Assembly (NCBI GenBank): GCA_040954595.2
Contig: CM082589.2
Coordinates: 10,552,894-10,616,893 of the forward strand
Source: Balanoglossus misakiensis
Lineage: Eukaryota; Animalia; Hemichordata
Direction: 5' to 3'
DNA length: 64,000 nucleotides
A program made the position numbers and the translations under genes. Positions 52,301-64,000 of this stretch are shown piece after piece; positions within the stretch are counted from its first letter, which is position 1; each line of letters begins with the position of its first letter. The notes beneath the pieces are model-generated. The model did not search any database. It was not told the DNA's origin and saw nothing but the letters and a program-made list of their open reading frames with translations.

Positions 52301-55300
52301 ATGGTGTTTCAAGCCCTTCACTTGACATTGGAATATAACGCATATGGGGATTTAAAGTTAATTGCAAATCCATAGGTTAATACATGGCCAAAAACACTGT
52401 AATTTAAAATTGCTAATGCAATGGTGACATTGAATGTGATTCTTTGCATTAGGGGAAATGGCGTAGCAAGCCTAATGGTGCATCAGAGTAAATGGTGATG
52501 CAAGCTCTGCACTTTGACATAGGTATTTAATGTATATGCATGGGTATTTAAAGTTGTCTGTAAATTCCCAGGTTAATACGTGGCAATAAGCACTGTAATT
52601 TGACATTGCTAATGAAATGGTGACGCTGAATGTGATTTTTTGCATCAGGGTAAATTGTGAAGCAAGCTTGATGATGCATCAGGATAGATGGTGTTTCAAG
52701 CCCTTCACTTGACATTGGAATATAACGCATATGGGGATTTAAAGTTAATTGCAAATCCATAGGTTAATACATGGCCAAAAACACTGTAATTTAAAATTGC
52801 TAATGCAATGGTGACATTGAATGTGATTCTTTGCATTAGGGGAAATGGCGTAGCAAGCCTAATGGTGCATCAGAGTAAATGGTGATGCAAGCTCTGCACT
52901 TTGACATAGGTATTTAATGGATATGCATGGGTATTTAATGTTGACTGTAAATCCTCAGGTTAATACGTAGCCATAAGCACTGTAATTTGACATTGCTAAT
53001 GCAACGGTGACATTGAATCTGATTCTTTGCATAAGGGTGAATGGCGATGCAAGCTTGATGATGCATCACGGTAGATAGTGATGCAAACACTTCACTTTGA
53101 CATGGGTATCAAATGCATATGGGGATTTGCTAATGCTACCATGACACTAAATCTGATTTTTTGCATCAGGGAAAATGGTGAAGCAAGCTTGATGATGCAT
53201 CATGATAGATGGTGTTTCAAGCCCTTCACATTGATATTAGAATATAATGCATATGGGGATTTAAAGTTGATTGTAAATCCCCAGGTTAGTATACGGCCAA
53301 ACGCACTATAATTTGACATTGCTAATGCAACAGTGACATTGAATCTGATTCGTTGCATTAGGGCAAATGGCGAAGCAAGCTTGATGATGCATCACGGTAG
53401 ATATTGATGCAAGCACTTCGCTTTGACATAGGTATAAAATTCATATAGGGATTTCAAGTTGATTATAAATCCCTGGGTTAATATGTGGCCGAAAGCACTT
53501 TTATTTGCCATTGCTAATGCTATGGCGACACTAAATCTGATTCTTTGCATCAGGGTAAATTGTGAAGAAAGCTTGATGATGCATCAGTATAGATGGTGTT
53601 TCAAGCCGTTCAAGTTAACATTGCAATATAATGCATATGGGGATTTGAAGTTGATTGTAAACCCGCAAGTTAATACATGGCCAAATGCTCAGTAATTTGA
53701 CATTGCTGATACTATGGTGACACTGATTATTTGCATCAGGGTTAATGGCGAAACAAACTTGATGATGCATCAGGGTAGATGGTATTTCAAGCCCTTCACA
53801 TTGACATTGGAATATAATGCATATGGGGATTTAAAGTTGATTGTAAATCCCCAGGTTAATACATAGCCAAAAGCACTGTAATTTGACATGGCTAATGCTA
53901 CTGTGATACTAAATCTGATTCTTTGCATCAGGGCATATAGCGAAGCATGCTTGGTGATGCATCAGGATCAATGGTGATGGAGACACTGCACTTTGACATG
54001 CGTATTTAATGCATATGCACAGATGTTTAAAGTTGACTGTAAATCGCCAGGTTAATACGTGGCCAAAAGCACAGTAATTTGACATTGCGAATGCAACAGT
54101 GACATTTAATCTGATTCTTTGCATTAAGGCAAATGGCGAAGCATGCTTGACGATGCATCACAGTAGATAGTGATGCAAACACTTCGCTTAGACATGGGTA
54201 TAAAAAGCATATAGGGATTTCAAATAGATTATAAATCCCTGTGTTAATACGTGTCCAAAAGCACTGTAATTTGACATTGCTTATGCAATGGTGACACTAT
54301 ATCTGATTCTTTGCATCAGGGCAAATGGCGAAGCAGCTTGATGATGCATCAGGATAGATGGTGATGCAAGCTCTGCACTTTGACATGGGGATTAAATGCA
54401 TGCTGAGGGGGATTTAAAGTTGTCAAAACAAACTTGATGATGCATCAGGGTAGATGGTATTTCAAGCCCTTCACATTGACATTGGAATATAACGCATATG
54501 GGGATTTAAAGTTGATTGTAAATCCCCAGGTTGATACGTGGCCATAAGCACTGTAGTTTGACATTGCTAATGCTACCGTGACATTAAATCTGATTCTTTC
54601 CATCGGGGTAAATTGTGAAGCAAGCTTGATGATGCATCAGGACAGATGGTGTTTCAAGCCCTTCACATTGACAATGGAATATAACGCATATGGGGATTTA
54701 AAGTTGATTGAAAATCCCTAGGTTAATACATGGCCAAAAGCACTGTAATTTACAATTGCAAATGCAATGGTGACATTGAATGTCATTCTTTGCATTAGGG
54801 GAAATGGCGTAGCGAGCATAATGGTGCATCAGAGTAGATGGTGATGCAAGCTATGCATTGTGACATAGGTATTTAATGCCTATGCATGGGTATTTAATGT
54901 TGACTGTAAATCCCCAGGTTAATACATGTCCAAAAGCACTGTAATTTAAAATTGCTAATGCAAGGGTGATATTGAATCTGATTCTTTGCATCAGGGCAAA
55001 TTCTGAAGAATGCTTGATGATGCACCAGGGTCAATGATGATGCAATCACTAAACTTTGACACCGGGGTTTAAAATGTATACAGGGGGATTAAAAGTTGAC
55101 TGTAAATCCCCAGGTTTCAAGCCCTTCACATTGACATTGGAATATAACGCATACGGGGATTTAAAGTTGATTATAAATCCCCAGGTTAATACATGGCCAA
55201 AAGCAATGGTGACATTGAATGTGATTCTTTGCATTAGGGGAAATGGCGTAGCAAGCCTAATGGTGCATCAGAGTAGATGGTGATGCAAGCTCTGCATTTT

Positions 55301-58300
55301 GACATAGGTATTAAATGTATATGCAAGGGTATTTAAAGTTGTCCGTACATCCCGAGGTTAATACGTGGCCATAGGCACTGTAATTTGACATTGCTAATGC
55401 TACCGTGATACTAAATCTGATTCTTTGCATCAGGGAAAATGGTGAAGCAAGCTTGATGATGCATCAGGATAGATGGTGTTTCAAGCCCTTCACATTGACA
55501 TTAGAATATAATGCATATGGGGATTTAAAGTTGATTGTAAATCCCAGGTTAGTAAACGGCCAAACGAACTGTAATTTGACATTGCTAATGCTACAGTGAC
55601 ATTGAATCTGATTCTTTGCATTAGGGCAAATGGCGAAGCAAGCTTGATGATGCATCACGGTAGATATTGATGCAAGCACTTCGCTTTGACATAGGTATAA
55701 AATTCATATGGGGATTTCAAGTTGATTATAAATCCCTGGGTTAATATGTGGCCGAAAGCACTTTTATTTGCCATTGCTAATGCTATGGTGACACTGATTA
55801 TTTGCATCAGGGTTAATGGCGAAACAAACTTGATGATGCATCAGGGTAGATGGTTTTTCAAGCCCTTCACATTGACATTGGACTATAATGCATATGGGGA
55901 TTTAAAGTTGACTGTAAATCGCCAGGTTAATACGTGGCCAAAAGCACAGTAATTTGACATTGCGAATGCAACAGTGACATTTAATGTGATTCTTTGCATT
56001 AGGGCAAATGGCGAAGCATGCTTGACGATGCATTACTGTAGATAGTGATGCAAACACTTCGCTTTGACATGGGTATAAAAAGCATATGGGGATTTCAAGT
56101 TGATAATAAATCCCGATGTTTATACATGGCCAAAAGCACTGTAATTTGACATTGCTAATGCAATGGTGACATTGAATCTGATTCTTTGCATCAGCGTAAA
56201 TGGCGAAGCATGCTTGATGATGCATCACAGTAGATAGTGATGCAAACACTTCGCTTAGACATGGGTATAAAAAGCATATAGGGATTTCAAGTAGATTATA
56301 AATCCCTGTGTTAATACGTGTCCAAAAGCACTGTAATTTGACATTGCTAATGCCATGTTGACATTATATCTGATTCTTTGCATCAGGGCAAATGGGGAAG
56401 CAGCTTGATGATGGATCAGGGTAGATGGTATTTCAAGCCCTTCACATTGACATTGGAATATAACGCATATGGGGATTTAAAGTTGATTGTAAATCCCCAG
56501 GTTAATACGTGGCCATAATCACTGTAATTTGACATTGCTAATGAAATGGTGACGCTGAATGTGATTTTTTTGCATCAGGGTAAATTGTGAAGCAAGCTTG
56601 ATGATGCATCAGGATAGATGGTGTTTCAAGCCCTTCACTTGACATTGGAATATAACGCATATGGGGATTTAAAGTTAATTGCAAATCCCTAGGTTAATAC
56701 ATGGCCAAAAACACTGTAATTTAAAATTGCTAATGCAATGGTGACATTGAATGTGATTCTTTGCATCAGGGCAAATGGCGAAGCAGCTTGATGATGCATC
56801 AGGATAGATGGTGATGCAAGCTCTGCACTTTGACATAGGTATTTAATGCATATGCATGGGTATTTAAAGTTGTCTGTAAATTCCCAGGTTAATACGTGGC
56901 CATAAGCACTGTAATTTGACATTGCTAATGCAACGATGATATTGAATCTGATTCTTTGCATCAGGGTAAATGGCGATGCAAGCTTGATGATGCATCACGG
57001 TAGATAGGGATGCAAACACTTCACTTTGACGTGGGTGTTAAATGCATATGGGGATTTGCTAATGCTACCGTGACACTAAATCTGATTCTTTGCATCAGGG
57101 AAAATTGTGAAGCAAGCTTGATGATGCATCAGGATAGATGGTGTTTCAAGCCCTTCACATTGACATTAGAATATAATGCATATGGGGATTTAAAGTTGAT
57201 TGTAAATCCCCAGGTTAGTATACGGCCAAACGAACTGTAAATTGACATTGCTAATGCTATGGTGACACTGATTATTTGCATCAGGGTTAATGGCGAAACA
57301 AACTTGATGATGCATCAGGGTAGATGGTATTTCAAGCCCTTCACATTGACATTGGCATATAATGCATATGGGGATTTAAAGTTGAGTGTAAATCCCTAGG
57401 TTAATACATAGCCAAAAGCACTGTAATTTGACATTGCTAATGCCATGTTGACATTATATCTGATTCTTTGCATCAGGGCAAATGGGGAAGCAGCTTGATG
57501 ATGGATCAGGGTAGATGGTATTTCAAGCCCTTCACATTGACATTGGAATATAACGCATATGGGGATTTAAAGTTGATTGTAAATCCCCAGGTTAATACGT
57601 GGCCATAATCACTGTAATTTGACATTGCTAATGAAATGGTGACGCTGAATGTGATTTTTTTGCATCAGGGTAAATTGTGAAGCAAGCTTGATGATGCATC
57701 AGGATAGATGGTGTTTCAAGCCCTTCACTTGACATTGGAATATAACGCATATGGGGATTTAAAGTTAATTGCAAATCCCTAGGTTAATACATGGCCAAAA
57801 ACACTGTAATTTAAAATTGCTAATGCAATGGTGACATTGAATGTGATTCTTTGCATCAGGGCAAATGGCGAAGCAGCTTGATGATGCATCAGGATAGATG
57901 GTGATGCAAGCTCTGCACTTTGACATAGGTATTTAATGCATATGCATGGGTATTTAAAGTTGTCTGTAAATTCCCAGGTTAATACGTGGCCATAAGCACT
58001 GTAATTTGACATTGCTAATGCAACGATGATATTGAATCTGATTCTTTGCATCAGGGTAAATGGCGATGCAAGCTTGATGATGCATCACGGTAGATAGGGA
58101 TGCAAACACTTCACTTTGACGTGGGTGTTAAATGCATATGGGGATTTGCTAATGCTACCGTGACACTAAATCTGATTCTTTGCATCAGGGAAAATTGTGA
58201 AGCAAGCTTGATGATGCATCAGGATAGATGGTGTTTCAAGCCCTTCACATTGACATTAGAATATAATGCATATGGGGATTTAAAGTTGATTGTAAATCCC

Positions 58301-59875
58301 CAGGTTAGTATACGGCCAAACGAACTGTAATTTGACATTGCTAATGCAAGGGTGACATTGAATCTGATTCTTTGCATTAGGGCAAATGGCGAAGCAAGCT
58401 TGATGATGCATCACGGTAGATATTGATGCAAGCACTTCGCTTTGACATGGGTATAAAATTCATATGGGGATTTCAAGTTGATTATAAATCCCTGGGTTAA
58501 TATGTGGCCGAAAACACTTTTATTTGCCATTGCTAATGCTATGGCGACACTAAATCTGATTCTTTGCATCAGGGTAAATTGTAAAGAAAGCTTGATGATG
58601 CATCAGTATAGATGGTGTTTCAAGCCGTTCAAGTTAACATTGCAATATAATGCATATGGGGATTTAAAGTTGATTGTAAACCCCCAAGTTAATACATGGC
58701 CAAACGCTCAGTAAATTGACATTGCTAATGCTATGGTGACACTGATTATTTGCATCAGGGTTAATGGCGAAACAAACTTGATGATGCATCAGGGTAGATG
58801 GTATTTCAAGCCCTTCACATTGACATTGGCATATAATGCATATGGGGATTTAAAGTTGAGTGTAAATCCCTAGGTTAATACATAGCCAAAAGCACTGTAA
58901 TTTGACATGGCTAATGCTACTGTGATACTAAATCTGATTCTTTGCACCAGGGCATATAACGAAGCATGCTTGATGATGCATCAGGATCAATGGTGATGGA
59001 GACACTGCACTTTGACATGTGTATTTAATGCATATGCACTGATGTTTAAAGTTGACTGTAAATCGCCAGGTTAATATGTGGCCAAAAGCACAGTAATTTG
59101 ACATTGCGAATGCAATGGTGACATTGAATCTGATTCTTTGCATTACGGCAAATGGCGAAGCATGCTTGACGATGCATTACTGTAGATAGTGATGCAAACA
59201 CTTCGCTTTGACATGGGTATAAAAAGCATATGGGGATTTCAAGTTGATTATAAATCCCGATGTTAATACATGGCCAAAAGCAGTGTAATTTGACATTGCT
59301 AATGCAATGGTGACACTATATCTGATTCTTTGCATCAGGGCAAATGGCGAAGCAGCTTGATGATGCATCAGGATAGATGGTGATGCAAGCTCTGCACTTT
59401 GACATGGGTATAAAATGCTTGCTGAGGGGGATTTAAAGTTGTCGAAACAAACTTGATGATGCATCAGGGTAGATGGTATTTCAAGCCCTTCACATTGACA
59501 TTGGAATATAGTGCATATGGGGATTTAAAGTTGATTGTAAATCCCCAGGTTAATACCTGGCCAAAAGCACTGTAATTTGACATTGCTAATGCAATGGTGA
59601 CACTATATCTGATTCTTTGCATCAGGGCAAATGGCGAAGCAGCTTGATGATGCATCAGGATAGATGGTGATGCAAGCTCTGCACTTTGACATGGGTATAA
59701 AATGCTTGCTGAAGGGGATTTAAAGTTGTCGAAACAAACTTGATGATGCATCAGGGTAGATGGTATTTCAAGCCCTTCACATTGACATTGGAATATGGTG
59801 CATATGTGGATTTAAAGTTGATTGTAAATCCCCAGGTTAATACGTGGCCAAAAGCACTGTAATTTGACATTTCTA
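43351..59875. repeat. ~192-196-bp satellite (~85 diverged monomers) with higher-order blocks
   Basis: ggttaatac anchors at 43421, 43617, 43808, 44004, 44182, 44374, 44566, 44760, 44956...; identical spurious ORFs recur at offsets 374, 387, 1090 and 6190 bp. Confidence 0.95.
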
Positions 59876-59884
59876 ATGATGGTG

Positions 59885-60017
59885 AGATGTTGTTTGCTCC
59901 CCAGGGAGTTGAATGGAATAGTAAGGTCCAACGACCTAGGTCAAATTACCATGGGACAACTTTAAAGCATGTTGAGATTTAATGTGCTACATAAGTTATA
60001 AATATTATATTAATATT
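59885..60017 (+). mobile_element. SINE 3' fragment
   Basis: ttgtttgctccccagggagttgaatggaata..aatgtgcta..aaatattatatt, matching 61810-61945. Confidence 0.6.
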
Positions 60018-60653
60018 TAGGGGTTATTACACGAATTTTGGTCGATAACGCGTCGTATTCGAGTGATGTCCGTATTTTGATGAGTTGCGCTTTGCAACGA
60101 GTCAAAATACAGACATCACGAGAATGCGTCGCGTTATCGACCAAAATTCGTGTAATAACCTCTTTATCATACATGCCTACCTATAAAACAGTACGATTTG
60201 CAGAAATGCGCCGAGAAAAATAATTTCAAATTTGAACCGGGCGCTGGGATCACGGCAGTAGCCATGTTGTGACGTATGACGTGTGGGCCGTAGTATCATT
60301 TTAAGGGGGTTGGCAGCTTTCATTACGATGGGCACATCCACATTCTAAATAAAATTGTCTACGTTCTCTTTCAAAATATCATGTTAACAATTATTTTGCA
60401 TTGAGAATTTCGAAGAACTAAAAATGATGCATTCAACATGACAAAACCGCCAGCTTTGAAAACTTTATTACAGCTTCTAATAACCGAATTTTACAACACC
60501 CCTCTCCACTATGCCCCGTGTGTCGCTCGCGCGCGCAGTGAACTGTCACGCCGAGACGTGGACGCGATATTTTCACATTGTGAAATACCGTAAAATATCT
60601 TCGGGGCGAGAACAATAGAAAGTGTTAAATACAGGCGTTGCATGTATGATAAT
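60018..60653. mobile_element. ~635-bp element with a long terminal hairpin and subterminal inverted repeats (Crypton-like non-autonomous)
   Basis: Hairpin 60022-60160 (~67-bp arms); tatcatacatgc (~60165) / gcatgtatgata (~60640); absent from the paralogous site at ~62650. Confidence 0.7.
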
Positions 60654-61611
60654 ATTACATAAACAACACTCTTACTTAGCTAAGGAAGTGGTCAGGTGAA
60701 ATATATTTGCAGAGCTGACCAATTCTTTAAGGAAAATTAAAGTTGGGTATTTTGGATGTATTCATACCTACAAACTGTGTTATGTATGGGACGTTGATGT
60801 TGCCTAATACGTCTCCACATTAACTTGAATTATTAACAGCAGCTATACAAGGCAGCGTATGGAAAGATCATTGTAAGACATACACAACACTTTTATGGAG
60901 CATGGGAAATGTTCATGAGAACTGTGTTCTCGGAGCTCAAAACTGTGTTATGAGAAATTCAAGCTGCTAAACTTGCGTGTCTCTAAATTTACTGAAACCG
61001 TGATAATGAGCAAAAGAAGGCAACGTATAGGAATGCCATTCTACCACATACTGTTACTCAACACTTCTATTAAGCATGGGAAATAGTATTGAGAACAGTA
61101 TTCTCAAAGTTGACAAACTGTGTTATGTGTAGAATATCCAAATTGCCTAATTGGCAATCGTTAGCAACCAGTTGTCTTCAAGAGGGTTTGGGGCACCAAC
61201 CTCAACATGCTTTAAGTCTTTAGTGATCTAGCAAGTTAGCCTGCATATCGAGCAACTGTTAATGGAGTGAGTTGCTCAATGATAGGAAACTCCTTTGTTC
61301 ATTTTCAAAATAAAAACCAAAAATGTGAACAAAACACACTGAATTATGTATGGGATATATGGGATTGCCTAATTTGCGTGTCTCCACATTTACTTAAACT
61401 CTCACAGGGAGACAAATGTCACAGCAGACGGAAAAATGATTATGCCACACACAGCACTTTTATTTAGCACGGGAACTGGTCTTGGGAAATGGGAGCTGAC
61501 ACACTGAATTTTTGGAAATTCAAAGAGCCTAATATGCATGTTTCCATATTTGCTTAAACCCTGACTGAGAGCTGAACAAGGCACTAAATGGAAAGGTCAT
61601 TGTGCCACATA

Positions 61612-61948
61612 AAGTCATAGTCCAGTCGTTAGAGCATCAGACCCATAATCAAAGAATCAAGGGTTTGATCCCTGGCATGGTTGTGGTGTTGTGGTGTTTA
61701 CATCTCCTTGCCTCTCCCCGCCCATAAGAAAAGGTAATTTGGTGGATCCGATATTGTAATGAGTATGTTTAGGTCTGCTGTGCTGATATAAAAGCTGCAC
61801 ATGTGAGCTGTTGTTTGCTCCCCATGGAGTGGGATGGAATATTTTAGGTCCACCGACCTAGGTCAAATTACCATGGGAAACACTTTGAAGCAGCACATTG
61901 AGATTTATTGTGTAATGTGCTATATAAGTAATAAATATTATATTGATA
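61612..61948 (+). mobile_element. tRNA-derived SINE (degenerate)
   Basis: A-box-like tagtccagtcgttagagc (61618), B-box-like gggtttgatccc (61661), body with tgctccc..ggagt, AT-rich tail aatgtgctatataagtaataaatattatatt. Confidence 0.65.
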
Positions 61949-62027
61949 TAATTACATAAACAACACTCTTACTTAGCAAAGGAAGTGGTCAGGTGAACTA
62001 TATTCGCAGAGCTGACCAATTGTTTAA

Positions 62028-62358
62028 AGGGGCAAAGTCTCTCTTTCGCCACCATTGTTCAATTAAGTTTGATACATGAACCCATTTATGTTATTCTACA
62101 TGTGGCTATATAGTGAATCAACATTCAACCAACAACTTTCATCCCGGTTGTAGAATCTGAGAGTAAAAATCTCGCAAAAATGAATAAATGGTAAACACCG
62201 ATTATTCATTTTGGCGAGTTTTTTCATTCTTGTGTGTACAAGTGGGGTGGAAGTTGTGTTTGGTCGAACATTGATTCACTATACAGCCAACATAAACGAT
62301 GTCTTGTATCAAACATAATTAATGGTAAAAAGGGCAGCGAGAGAGACACTTTGTCCCT
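62028..62358. mobile_element. 331-bp TTAA-TSD foldback MITE (Kolobok-type)
   Basis: TTAA|aggggcaaagt ... actttgtccct|TTAA; long internal inverted arms; single-TTAA empty sites in paralogs at ~60727 and ~62730. Confidence 0.85.
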
Positions 62359-62419
62359 TTAAGTAAAATTCAAGTTGTGTAATGTGGACATATTCACATT
62401 TACAAACTGTTTTATAGTC

Positions 62420-62770
62420 ACATGGGGATTAAATGCATATGCATGTGTATTTAAAGTTAACTGTAAATCCCCAGGTTAATACGTGGCCAAAAGCACTGTA
62501 ATTTGACATTTCTAAAGATGGTGAGATGTTGTTTGCTCCCCAGGGAGTTGAATGGAATATTTATGTCCAACGACCTAAATCAAATGACCATGGGACAACT
62601 TTAAAGCACATTGAGATTTAATGTGCTACATACGTTATAAATATTATATTAATATTATTACATAAAAAACACTCTTGCTTAGCAAAGGAAGTGGTCAGGT
62701 GAAAAATATTTGCACAGCTGACCAATTATTTAAGGAATATTAAAGTTGGGTAATTTGGACGTATTCATAC
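62420..62770 (+). repeat. Partial satellite monomer + SINE tail + flank, paralogous to the array's right junction
   Basis: gtaaatccccaggttaatacgtggccaaaagcactgtaatttgacatttctaa.gatggtgagatgttgtttgctccccaggg occurs at both ~59824 and ~62463. Confidence 0.85.
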
Positions 62771-63179
62771 GGGTGTTGGTCAATGGAAAGTCCTTTGTTC
62801 ATTTTCAAAATGGCAACCAAAAATGCGAACAAAACACACTGAATTCTGTACGGGATATTGATGTTGCCTAATTTGCGTGTTTCCACATTTACTTAAACTC
62901 TCACACGGAGACAAATGTCACAGCAAACGGAAAAATGACTATGCTACACACAACACTTTTATTGATCATGGGAAATGTTCATGAGAATTGTGTTATGGTA
63001 CTTTTCGGGGCTCACGAACTGTGTTATGGGAAATCTGACAAGGAATCTAAACTGTACCACATACACAACACTTTTATTAAGCGTGGGACATGGTCCTGAG
63101 AACAATATTCTCAGAGCTGACAAACTGTGTTATGTGAAATTCATGTTGCCTATTTCATGATAATGGCTTGTGGTACACA

Positions 63180-63795
63180 AGGGTTAACAGCAATCAGCAA
63201 TTGCTTGTATGATAGGTATGATGATCGATTTATAAATTTCAATGGTATAATAATGGGCAACACATGTGGAAGTGTTTAATAAACAGTTAACTAATGTGGT
63301 GATGGTTTGTGGTAAAATTGAGGGTACACAGATTATAATGGGCCAAAACAATGAATATAATAGAGGTTGATGATGGTGAAGGGTTTCATATGAATGGTGT
63401 AATAAAGGTTAACAAATGTGGTGATAGCTTTGGTGTACAGGGCTGTTGATATATTTAGTAATGACAAAGGTATAATAATGATAAAAGCTTAAATAAGTGT
63501 TGGGGCACAATCTTCACGATGGTTCATTCATTGGTTAATGTGTATATTTTATTAATATCATGCTATTGTTTATCAGTTAGATCATAATCAGGATTTTTCC
63601 ATGCACATCGTCACCATGATTCAGCGGAATTCTTCTGAATAGTACCTGTGATCATTTTTCCGCACCGACGCATTGTACGCGACAGACATGCAGAAAATAT
63701 TAACATGTAACTCACAGGCATAATGTTAAATCTAAACGACTGTACGTTAGGTTAGCTTTACCTCCCCACCCCATCCAAATTCCAAATTTAGCTTG
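63180..63795 (+). repeat. Diverged direct-repeat segment, paralogous to 41860-42590
   Basis: See 41860-42590. Confidence 0.8.
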
Positions 63796-64000
63796 CCATG
63801 CAGTTTTCGGGTAGTACCAATTCGGAAACTTTCATGGTTCATTCATCGAACCAAATATTGGATTTGACACACTGTGCCATGGGTGGGTAAAGCATGGTGA
63901 AATGTTGGCGGTAAACTTTAACCAGGCAGGTCACATGAAATGAAGATATTATCCTTTGAGTTTGATGACATACATGATAAGATATGTCAGTTTTGACACC

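Noticed and set aside
43356-59751. Recurring MHHQACF/CFKPFTLTL ORFs
   Set aside because: Artefacts of the ~195-bp satellite; useful only as markers of higher-order periodicity.
43351-59875. Conserved-plus-variable monomers as a repeat-spacer array
   Set aside because: The variable parts are homologous variants of a few types that recur many times, not unique spacers.

Overview
AT-rich, repeat-dominated eukaryotic DNA. It is most consistent with a marine invertebrate, possibly a hemichordate or echinoderm-like deuterostome (an inference from repeat style only). No intact gene is visible. (1) 0.3-6.5 kb: a fragmented Academ(X)-type DNA transposon ORF (DDE-type transposase, XPG/FEN-like nuclease, C-terminal Cys-rich CXC finger) carrying an unexpected OTU-like protease motif. 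It is interrupted by three nested insertions: a TTAA-flanked element, a CAC..GTG/5-bp-TSD Transib-like element and a Helentron/HINE-like repeat. (2) 6.7-7.3 kb: an L2/CR1-group LINE remnant. (3) 9-15.3 kb: four splice-compatible + strand exons (two Ca-binding EGF exons, then two Gln-rich, MED25-C-terminus-like exons each with a premature TAA), with MITEs in the introns. (4) 15.7-24.6 kb: MITEs, a probable solo LTR and HINE-like repeats. (5) 24.8-41 kb: a hierarchical satellite (~900-bp monomers with an internally expanding 116-bp subunit, a ~7.4-kb higher-order duplication and an inserted DINE-1/HINE-like element with 146-bp internal repeats). (6) 43.35-59.9 kb: a ~192-196-bp dyad-rich satellite with higher-order blocks. 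(7) 59.9-64 kb: a triplicated SINE-tail unit with hairpin and TTAA elements whose empty sites are visible in the paralogous copies. Most ORFs in the supplied track beyond 24 kb are satellite artefacts. All family assignments come from reading motifs by eye; no database search was run.
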